From Yuukianura sp. NJ FZ-2021 (taxonomy: Eukaryota), in the NCBI GenBank assembly GCA_046563655.1, contig CM102285.1:13392001-13456000 (forward strand): a stretch of DNA of 64,000 nucleotides, read 5' to 3'. The position numbers and the translations under genes are program-made. Every line of letters begins with the position of its first letter. Within the stretch, counting starts at the first letter, position 1. The notes beneath the pieces were generated by a model that did not search any database, was not told the origin of the DNA, and saw only the letters and a program-made list of their open reading frames with translations. Shown in pieces: positions 52,646 to 61,957 of this stretch.

Positions 52646-53902
52646 TGCAAGAAAAAGACTTGCAGAAAATGTTCGTTTTGATTTTCTGCAAGGAAATTTA
52701 ATTGTGTTTTTAAAAAAAAGCTTGCAGCAAATCGCGTTGAAAAGCAGTCGATCTCCCCTCATAAGTATCACCTCTCAAAATCAAAACTGAACTTTCACTT
52801 TTCAGTAATCTTTATGAACTTTGATTTGGCATTGGCGGGGACAACATCAGCTGGTGAGCATAGTCGATTTTACGTCACGTAGTAGTCGATTCTGGAACTA
52901 GGAAATAGGCAAAGCGTCCTTCAGTGGTCGGCAGGTTCTGATGGTATGAGATGGTAATTCTGTATGTACAAGCAAAAGTAAAATTGTGATTTACTATTGT
53001 CCGTTATATTAATTAGATTAGTTGTATCACGGCTGCTTCTGGAGATTGCATATTAACCTAACCACTTGAACATAAATGTTTTAATACTCTTATATTATAT
53101 GTATTCCTTATTATATATTGCTAAATATTTATTGAGTATAGGTACAATAGTATGTATTTATTATACCTTAATTTATTCTTATAGAATTTATTTACATTTT
53201 TAATATGCTATGTATCCCATATTAGTATTAATAATATTAATAATTAACGATATACTTAAGTAGTAGATTCTTAAAAAACGTTTGGCAGACGTTCTAAAAA
53301 TAGGGGCTTTTTGATATAAGGTATGTTATGTTTGAAAAATCTTGCTCGTATTAGTGCTAATGATCAGGAAGTTCGACGCAAATTTGCCGACAATTGTGTG
53401 TTTTCTTTGTTCCCGCAGGGCTGAAGTGAAGAAGCGTGAGTGGCGTGTTCGCCCACCGGCCTTGTGGACTTTGTGGGAGAAGCTCATTTCTATTTTGCCA
53501 ATTCAATTTTTCGAATCAAGAGGTTTAAGATCGCTTCAGCTTCTGTTTAATCGGTTTTCGGGATCTCAGAATAGAGCTGGAGTTCTATTTTTCAACGAGA
53601 AATATGATACGTCCAGCATACGACTGGTTGGGTGCTTTTCAAATGAGCTGAAGCCGACGGAAGAAGAAGAAACGCACTTTGAGACGGAGACAGGAACCTT
53701 CAGTATATCCGGCGCCGGCGAACAGGTACTGAAACGTTGTTTTTCTCGATTGGAATCGTACCCGGAATTAAGAGGGGCACAGATTAGATTCTCATCAATC
53801 TTTTAGACTCGGCAAGTTTCATTGGATTTACGACTTCTGTGTGTGGTTTTAGATTCCCTTCGGGTTGGATTCTTCGGTGTTAATTTAGTACTTCATAAAG
53901 CG

Positions 53903-56900
53903 ATGTATCTCTACAACATCTCACTTCAGCGAGCTACAGGAATTACCCATGCCATTCATGGCAACTTCAGCGGTTCCAAGCATCAAGAAGTTGTCGTCAG
54001 TCGCGGGAAGTTGTTGGATGTTTTGCGACCAGATCCAAACACCGGGAAAGTCGTCACTCTCCTCAGTATCGAGGTTTTCGGAATCATTAGGTCACTCATG
54101 TCTTTCCGTTTGACTGGAGGAGCAAAAGGTAATTCGAATGTTCCATATTTCCCTAGTAAATTGTGGCAATCAGATTATCCGATGATGATCATATGTAAGG
54201 CTGAGTCGATGAATTTCATTGATTATTTTACGTTTCTGAGGTAGTAGAGTGCAATTTAGCCAAGCGTGCTCAACGTTTTGCGTAGATTCTTTTTTAATGT
54301 AAATTTATCTTCCACAGATTACATCGTGGTTGGATCCGACTCTGGGAGAATTGTCATCCTTGAATACAATGCTACGAAAAACGCCCTCGAGAAAATTCAC
54401 CAAGAAACGTTTGGGAAGAGCGGTTGTCGACGAATTGTTCCTGGACAACACTTGGCTATAGATCCTAAGGGTCGAGCCGTAATGATTAGTAAGTCAACGC
54501 ACCTTTATTTTTCTTTCCTGGAGATTACGTTATGTCCTAATTGAAGTTCCTGTTGTGTGGACATTTGCAGGCGCCGTTGAGAAACAAAAACTTGTGTACA
54601 TTCTGAACAGAGATGCTCAAGCTCGTCTAACGATCTCATCACCTCTGGAAGCTCACAAAAGCAACACTTTTATTTACCACGTTGTTGGAGTTGACGTTGG
54701 TTTCGAAAATCCTATGTTTGCTTGTCTGGAGATGGACTATGAGGTGAGTATCGTTCTAAAACGAGTCGATTTTTTTTTTTGGATATGATGAATTAACAAT
54801 TCTTTTCAACTTACCCTCATCTGAGAACAGCTGATTGTAACTCTTCGGTACAACTGAATCGGCGTTTCATTCCTGAAGCCTGTATTATTGTAAAGCGTTG
54901 AGTAACGTTTTGTTTTCTTTTTTGTTTGTGTTTGTAGGAAGCTGATTCTGATCCCACTGGAGAAGCAGCTCAGAATACGAAGCAGGCTCTAACATTCTAC
55001 GAACTGGATCTTGGATTGAATCATGTGGTGAGGAAGTATAGTGAAGGGTTGGACGAGCATGCCAATTTCCTTATCACTGTTCCAGGTGGAAATGATGGAC
55101 CCAGTGGAGTACTGATCTGTTCTGAAAACTACATCACCTACAAGAACTTGGGAGATCAACCAGACATTCGATGTCCGATTCCTCGGCGGAGGGTAAGTTA
55201 TAAATCTTTTAGTTGCATTTATAACGATTTACGAAACGCATAGCGGTATCTCCTGCACGACGTTTTGTCGTCATGCAGGTCGTAAAATTATGCAATATCA
55301 CTGCAGACAACATCGTTAAGTGTAGAGCACTTCATGTTCTATTCTTTGGTATTATGTTTGCCACAACAGATGTTGTTATGAGCCTGACACTTTTGCCAGG
55401 TTATACCAGACTTTTCTTATATTTGTTATATGCAGAATGATTTGGACGATCCTGAACGTGGGATGATTTTTGTGTGTTCAGCGGCTCACAAGACGAAGTC
55501 CATGTTCTTCTTCCTGGCCCAGACGGAACAAGGGGACATTTTCAAAATCACGCTAGAAGTGGACGATGACATGGTGACTGAAATTCGACTCAAGTACTTT
55601 GACACTGTTCCAGTGGCTTCGTCGATGTGCGTACTCAAGACTGGCTTCTTGTTCATTGCGTCAGAATTTGGGAATCAGTAAGTAGTCGAGTCCAAATTAA
55701 AAAAAATTATAAATATCTAACCTCTATGCTGAATTTTAGTTATCTCTACCAAATTGCACATCTTGGAGATGACGACGATGAACCAGAGTTCAGTTCTGCA
55801 ATGCCTCTGGAAGAAGGTGATACTTTCTTCTTCGCTCCACGAATTCTAAGGAATTTGGTTCTTGTTGACGAAATGGAATCTCTGTCGCCAATAATTTCAT
55901 GCCAAGTCGCTGATTTAGGTAAGAGTCAACTTGCAGTTTTGGGATTTTGTCGATTGCTTTCTCTAATTTTGATCGAATTTCTTTGTGATCTGCAGCCAAT
56001 GAAGATACTCCACAACTGTACATGTTGTGTGGACGAGGACCCAGATCTTCCGTTCGAGTTTTGCGACACGGATTAGAAGTTTCAGAAATGGCAGTATCAG
56101 AGTTACCCGGTAATCCGAATGCAGTGTGGACAGTGAAGAGGAGAGCTGATGGTAAGTTCCATCGGAACTAAAATGTTGGGTTGGGTAGTTTTAAAAATAG
56201 TGATGGTTTTACATGTTAGACTTATGAGTTTTTAAACTCTGATTACGATTTATAGACGCTGAATTTTCGTCTGTTTACTACAGTTGAAGAGTTGATCAAT
56301 GCAATTTGATATGAAACTAATCGTCTATTTACAGATGAGTTTGACTCTTACATCATCGTCTCCTTCGTCAACGCCACACTGGTCTTGTCTATTGGAGAAA
56401 CCGTAGAGGAAGTTACAGATTCCGGTTTTCTGGGAACCACGCCAACTTTATCATGTTCAGCGCTTGGAGAAGATGCTCTAGTCCAAGTGAGTTGTTTTAG
56501 GCGTTAAGTTGTTGTGATTTTGAAAACTCAATATGATGAATTACCCTACTTATGATTTTATGATTTCATAATGGATCGACTGCCTGACTTCGCTTGCAAA
56601 TTTTTACTAACTGTTGGAATTCAATTGAATACTTGATTATGAGCTCCTATTTGTTTACAGATTTATCCCGATGGAATTCGTCACATCCGAGCAGATCGAA
56701 GAGTAAACGAGTGGAAAGCTCCAGGCAAGAGATCAATTTTTAGATGTGCAGTCAACCAGCGCCAAGTTGTAATTGCCCTAACAGGCGGAGAACTTGTGTA
56801 CTTCGAAATGGATCCGGTAAGTCCTCAAAATTCCTAAAAGTAAACCGCGTCCTTCAGAGTTTTTTAGTGATTTTTTTTTGTATGATAGACTGGACAGCTC

Positions 56901-59900
56901 AACGAGTACACCGAGCGTCGAGAGATGCCAGCAGACGTAGTTTGCATGAGCTTAGGTTCCGTTCCTGTTGGTGAACAGCGATGCCGCTTTCTTGCCGTTG
57001 GGTTGGCAGACAGCACTGTTAGAATTATTTCGCTGGATCCATCGGTAAGCTACAACTTTTTCTAACATGAATTTGATCCAAGTGTTTGTCTAACTAACTT
57101 ATCTAACTTTATTGTTTGATTTATGATCTTAGGACTGTTTGTCACCGCTAAGCATGCAAGCCCTTCCAGCACGACCGGAGTCACTTTGCATCGTGGACAT
57201 GGGAGGTGGAGAGGGTGGCGACCAAGGAACGCTGTATCTCAACATTGGTCTTGAAAATGGTGTACTGTTGAGAACTGTTTTGGATCCGGTCACTGGCGAT
57301 TTAGCAGATACTCGCACTCGGTATATTGGTTCACGTCCAGTGAAACTCTTCAGAATCAAAATGCAAGGAGGTGAAGCAGTTTTAGCCATGTCAAGTCGCT
57401 CCTGGTTGAGTTACTACTACCAAAACAGGTAACAAACTTCAACTTAGCGCAACTCATGAATCGTGCATTGCTCTGTAATTTGAAATGATGTGAATTTTTT
57501 GTCCGTGTTTCACCTGAATCCAATGATTACGCTATACAAATCTGATCAAATTGCCAAAAAGTCAATTTACTTTTGATTTTCTTTTTTGGCTAAACATGGC
57601 ATTGACGATTTTGCTTTTACGTTTTCAAGGTTTCACTTGACTCCGCTGTCTTACGAAACATTGGAATATGCCAGTGGATTCTCATCAGAGCAATGCCCTG
57701 AAGGTGTCGTCGCCATTTCAACCAACACTCTCCGAATCTTAGCAATGGAGAAACTGGGAGCAGTTTTCAACCAAATGTCATTTCCACTGGAATATACGCC
57801 AAAGAAGCTTTGCATTCATCCTGGGACGGGAAATCTTATTATTATTGAAACTGACCACAACGCATACACAGAAACAGTGAAGAGGCAACGAAGAATACAA
57901 ATGGCAGAGGTAAATTCACAATTTCCTAGCAATTGTACTACCTTCCGTATGTCAAGTGTGATGAGGGTACTCGCATGCACTGAGGCCCATTACATTTGTC
58001 CGAAATATTATGTGGACAAATGCCCCCGACTGACTTGCCAATTTAATAATTTCAAAATTGTTTTGTAATTTTACAAGTCGTGAATTTTAACTTGAAATAT
58101 TTTTTGTCAACAGGAAATGAAGGAAGCTGCAGGTCCAGACGAACAAGAATTGGCTCAAGAAATGGCTGATGCTTTTCTGAATGAAGACTTGCCGGATGCT
58201 GTGTTTGGAGCTCCGAAGGCTGGTGCAGGAATGTGGGCTTCAATCATACGAATCATGGATCCCATCGAAGGCCGAACATTTTTCTTGCATCGATTTGAAC
58301 AAAACGAAGCCGCAATGAGGTAAGTGGAAAACAGCGTTTGTTTTAAAGTGGAGTGTCAAAGCTATTGCTGCAGTCACTGTCCCGCCGCAGATCACGCGAA
58401 TCGTAGTTTGCAGCATTTTTTGGTGGTGGTGGAGGTGGGGGTATTATTAATGGTAGTAATGGCGGTGCCCATGTAGCCCAGGGCTTTACATCCTGAATGC
58501 GCACTTCCTTACGGAATGAGTCGGAAAAGAATTTGTCGCATAAGCGAAACGTTTTGAGGTAGCAGAATAAGTCGAAGATGAGGTCACAAAATAGCGGGGC
58601 CTGAAGGGATGTTAGAATTGTTGAATTAGAAAATAATTGAATTTAAAGTTAGAATTTAACATTTTTCGAGGCGTAATAACAATTCTTACAAAGGCGAACA
58701 GTCCTATGCTCGCTCCAATCGTGAGAACCAAAAGTAAAAAGTCAAACTTCCTTCCCTCTCCAGTGACTTTGACGATGAACTTGATTCCATAGTGTTTTGT
58801 CAGGGTACGTTTGTTCCCTTCAAAGAAAACAGCACTTCTCCAGTTGAATCCAGGCGCAAGTTCGTTTGAATCTGCAACGTCGACTCGAAGAAACCGATAC
58901 TGCGGGAGACAGTCGTCGATTGTTAGCCCCCAGTCGAAGTCGCAGTTCCAGTTGATGATTATGAGAAAAATTCCACCCTGAAAGCAATTTAGAAATGAAA
59001 GACGAAGTTGTAGTTAGAGCAAAAGCTGAATGGTTTTCCTTACAGTGATTCCAACTTTGTCATAGTCCTCTCCGCTCCACTTGACAATGTCACCGATGAT
59101 GAATATTGGACAGAATGGGTGGTGCAATGGATGGTAACGACAGGACTTTAGGTATTCTAGTGTAAAGTTGCTTAGCAAATTTCGTCTTTTGTAGAGGGGT
59201 TCAGTTTTGTGAAGTACGATATCCGGTTCGCAACTCGGAAATTCGTCGGAGGTTTTGATGAGAACAGTGAAATTTTTAGTAGCGTGGAGAAGAGGGTAGC
59301 TCTTGTTTCTGGAATAGAATAGAATTGTTTTGAACTTTTGTTTCAAAATGCAAAAGAACTTCAAAATTTTGAAGTTTTTTTTTTTTGGTTTTTCCTTAAA
59401 AAGTGGGTGTGGTTCTGCTTACAAAGGAAGAACGTCATCTTCGTTTGGACACCAGGCGGAGACTTGGCACATTCCTGCTTCAATATTGCAGATGCCGGTC
59501 ATAATGCCGTCGGTTGCCTTATCCGGTTTTCCATGCTTGCAGTCGGCATCAGTTGTACAGCTTACGGAATTCTAGAAAAGTCGTTGGTTTAACAAAATTT
59601 TAAGAAAAGAAACTCAATTCTTGCGGAAGTGCTGACCGATAAGCATGTTCCGCGGACTTGATTAGCTGTGATGACCAGGTTCGTCATGACAATAAACCCG
59701 GCTTCACTTGTGACGATCAGATCTTGCGTATCCCAAACGCGTCTGTATTGTTCAGCGTTTCTGATGGCCAACTCCGTATCGGTCTGATTCTCCGTGGACA
59801 AAACCCCTTTGACTTTGGTTGTAAAAGTTGACATGACGGGACATCGTTTCTGATAGGTTTTCCGCAGATCCAGTTGGTAGCTGAATCACAATATTTCGGT

Positions 59901-61957
59901 AGCGTTACTGCTTTGAATGTGAACAATTTTTGAAGTTGAACGACTTACCTCTTTAGGATGGCAAACCAAACGATAGCTACGAGCGTCGAGTAGGTGATGG
60001 CTAAGCATTTGCTTTTGATTTGTACGACGCGGGTAGTTGAGTAAATTGTGAACAACTCTCGAAACCACTCCATCATGGCTGTATTAGTTTCGCTTTAGGT
60101 GGACTTAACAATGTATTAATTCCCTGGATTCCGTAGGGTTGCGTTTGCTGGCGGAGGAAATGTGTTGTTTGAAATTCGGATAATAACTGTGTCAGTGTGA
60201 CAGAAATTCGGAGCGGAGTCTACTTCCGTCGAATTAGATCTGCTAATTGACTAACATGATGAAAGCCTCTAAATATTGCGTTGACTCTGGCTCGTGTTAA
60301 AATATTGGGATTAATAATGCCTCTGAAACATGCAATATAAGATGAAACCGGAGGCACAGTCAGCGGAGCGTCATGTTTGTTTTGGAATTCATTGTGTTGT
60401 ATGAACCGGAGATGAGTATCGATCCCTAAATGGCTTTCGTAGAGCAGGAAATTAAGTTAATTGTTCGGAAAGAAGTCTAATTTGTCTTTTTCCTCTTTTA
60501 TTCCAGCCTCGCGTATTGCAAATTTGCCTCCCAAGGAGAGTTCCAGCAATTCGTACTAATTGGAGTAGCGAAGGATTTGCATCTCTCCCCCAGATCCGTT
60601 GGACAGTGTTACATTTACACGTTTCGGTGAGTTATGAACGCCTACGGTGGATAACTGATTGTTGATTAATTTAATGCAATTAGAGAGATTGAATTCTTGG
60701 AAGTAATTTCGTTTTGATTGTTTTTGTGTTTTCAGATTGAATCAAGACTGTAATGCGATGGAATTCCTTCATAGAACGGTTGTAGATGAAGTTCCGTATA
60801 CGATGTGTCCGTTCAAGGGCAAACTGCTTGTAGGTCTTGGAAAAACCCTGCGTTTGTATGATTTTGGAAAGAAAAAACTCCTCAAGAAAAGCGAAAATAA
60901 GGTAATTTTTTTGAGAAATACAAAAAATTCAGAAGCATCTTTGATTTAGTGATGAAATTTAACACTCTGATAGAAATCTTTCGATTTCGCTTGTGAAGAC
61001 TACTGTGTTCTGCAGTACTGAAATTTTCAAAGCTTCAAGAGAATATTTGAATGTATTTCGGCAAGTTAGTAATTTTTTTTTATGTTTTTAGCACTTTCCA
61101 AACATGATCGTCCATATCACAGCTCATGGAAATCGGGTTTACGTTTCTGACGTGCAAGAAAGTGTACATTACGTTCGCTACAAAAGACAGGATAATCAGC
61201 TGATCCTGTTTGCCGATGAAACAAATCCGCGCTGGGTAACGACTTCTTGTGTCTTGGATACGGACACGGTAGCAATCGCTGATAAGTTTGGAAACATTGG
61301 CGTAGTTCGACTACCATCTAACACGTCGGATGACATTGACGAAGATCCGTCCGGAACGAAAGCGCTGTGGGATCGTGGTGTCCTCAGCGGAGCTTCTAAC
61401 AAATTGGACGTTCTTTGCAATTTTCATGTGGGAGAAACTGTACTTTCACTTCAGGTAATTTTTATTAAAAAAGAGAATTTTTATAAATTAGATATAGTAT
61501 TCATGATGAATTCTAACGATTGATTGATTTTTTTTAGAAATCGACACTGATTCCAGGAGGAAACGAGTCGCTGGTTTACACAACAATTTCCGGTTCCGTT
61601 GGAATTTTGGTTCCGTTCACTTCAAACGAAGACCATGACTTCTTTCTTCACTTGGAAATGCACATGAGAAGTGAAAATCCTCCGCTCTGTGGCCGTGACC
61701 ATCTCTCATTCCGCTCTTACTACTTTCCTGTTCGGGTAAGCAAAAACTTTTGATTATTTTGATGCTTCTTGCTTTTCGCTGGTTATTGAGCTGGTTTGTT
61801 TTCTGAATTGTCACAGAACGTGATTGATGGTGATCTGTGCGAGCAGTTTAACTCAATGGATCCAAGTAAGCAGCGTAGTATTAGCGAAGATCTCGATAGG
61901 AATCCAAGTGAAGTTTCTAAGAAGTTAGAAGACATCCGTACTCGTTTTGCGTTTTAG
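53903..61957 (+). CDS. SF3B3: Splicing factor 3B subunit 3 (SAP130/Rse1), 18 coding exons, 1211 aa
   Basis: Exons 53903-54128, 54318-54488, 54571-54743, 54938-55192, 55436-55677, 55740-55918, 55996-56151, 56335-56486, 56661-56816, 56889-57044, 57133-57428, 57630-57909, 58114-58319, 60507-60626, 60736-60901, 61092-61454, 61538-61735, 61817-61957 (3636 nt, in phase). Starts [24 protein letters not shown], contains [17 protein letters not shown], ends [12 protein letters not shown]. Confidence 0.98.
54174..54245 (+). ncRNA. Candidate box C/D snoRNA in SF3B3 intron 1, target not identified
   Basis: Box C ATGATGA 54182-54188, D' CTGA 54201-54204, D CTGA 54236-54239, wobble-rich terminal stem ATTATC/GGTAGT; D box 78 nt upstream of the acceptor. 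Confidence 0.55.
54782..54860 (+). ncRNA. Box C/D snoRNA in SF3B3 intron 3, guide to the 28S rRNA 5' domain
   Basis: Box C ATGATGA 54785-54791, D' CTGA 54821-54824, D CTGA 54854-54857, GAT/ATC stem. TTCTTTTCAACTT-a-CCCTCA (54800-54819) is complementary, with one mismatch, to conserved 28S UGAGGGAAAGUUGAAAAGAA. Confidence 0.8.
55238..55368 (+). ncRNA. Box H/ACA snoRNA in SF3B3 intron 4, SNORA8/snR31-like
   Basis: Hairpin 1 (GCATAG/TTATGC, CCTGCA/TGCAGG), H box ATATCA 55295-55300, hairpin 2 (GCAGACA/TGTTTGC, TAGAGCA/TGTTCTA), ACA 55363-55365. Pockets pair with 18S ACGA-UC-AGAUACCG and ACCA-UA-AACGAUG, the two sites I recall for human SNORA8. Confidence 0.85.
56194..56267 (+). ncRNA. Box C/D snoRNA in SF3B3 intron 7, SNORD104/snR58-like target
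   Basis: Variant box C GTGATGG 56200-56206, D' ATGA 56224-56227, D CTGA 56259-56262, AAAAT/ATTTT stem. Guide ACATGTTAGACT (56211-56222) pairs with 28S AGUCUAACAUGU; D'+5 points to the C of GAGUC. Confidence 0.78.
56528..56590 (+). ncRNA. Candidate box C/D snoRNA in SF3B3 intron 8, target not identified
   Basis: Box C ATGATGA 56533-56539, internal ATGA boxes, D CTGA 56584-56587, 73 nt upstream of the acceptor. No clear terminal stem or guide. Confidence 0.45.
57475..57554 (+). ncRNA. Box C/D snoRNA in SF3B3 intron 11, guide to 28S UGAAACACGGAC
   Basis: Variant box C ATGATGT 57485-57491, D' CTGA 57514-57517, C' ATGATTA 57523-57529, D CTGA 57542-57545, terminal stem AATTTGA/TCAAATT. 12-nt guide GTCCGTGTTTCA at 57501-57512. 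Confidence 0.85.
57953..58037 (+). ncRNA. Box C/D snoRNA in SF3B3 intron 12, possible double guide (18S and 28S)
   Basis: Box C GTGATGA 57958-57964, D' CTGA 57980-57983, D CTGA 58030-58033, CAAG/CTTG stem. D guide AATGCCCCCG pairs with 18S CGGGGGCAUU; D' guide ACTCGCATGCA can pair with 28S UGURUGCGAGU allowing wobble. Confidence 0.8.
58343..60076 (-). CDS. P2X purinoceptor (ATP-gated cation channel family), 6 exons, 443 aa, nested in SF3B3 intron 13
   Basis: Exons 60076-59949, 59880-59637, 59571-59423, 59308-59044, 58977-58690, 58600-58343 (1332 nt, GT-AG, in phase, no stops). Motifs [56 protein letters not shown] and LFCD; all ten ectodomain Cys; two TM segments. Confidence 0.95.
60943..61025 (+). 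ncRNA. Box C/D snoRNA in SF3B3 intron 15, SNORD96-like target (5.8S Gm75 equivalent)
   Basis: Box C GTGATGA 60949-60955, D CTGA 61018-61021, 70 nt upstream of the acceptor. Guide TGTGTTCTGCAGT (61004-61016) pairs with 5.8S ACUGCAGGACACA (one G-U); D+5 points to the G of UGCAGG. Confidence 0.8.

Larger units (their letters stand above)
50242..52763. mobile_element. Non-autonomous DNA transposon with long imperfect TIRs, 32-bp subterminal repeats and an internal tandem array
   Basis: Termini TATGAGGGGAGATCGACTGCTTTTCAA are identical in inverted orientation for 27 nt, with similarity extending ~250 nt. Flanked by direct repeat AGTATC (50236-50241 and 52764-52769). No transposase ORF. Confidence 0.9.

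Noticed and set aside
53342..53806. 154-aa ORF upstream of SF3B3
   Set aside because: Non-ATG start within an apparent intron, no recognisable motif; better explained as 5' leader.
60256..60360. C box (ATGATGA 60256), CTGA 60323 and a hairpin followed by ACA in intron 13
   Set aside because: No terminal stem, H box or guide; atypical distance from the acceptor; overlaps the likely P2X promoter region.
61503..61537. ATGATGA in SF3B3 intron 16
   Set aside because: The intron is 83 nt and has no downstream D box or room for a snoRNA.
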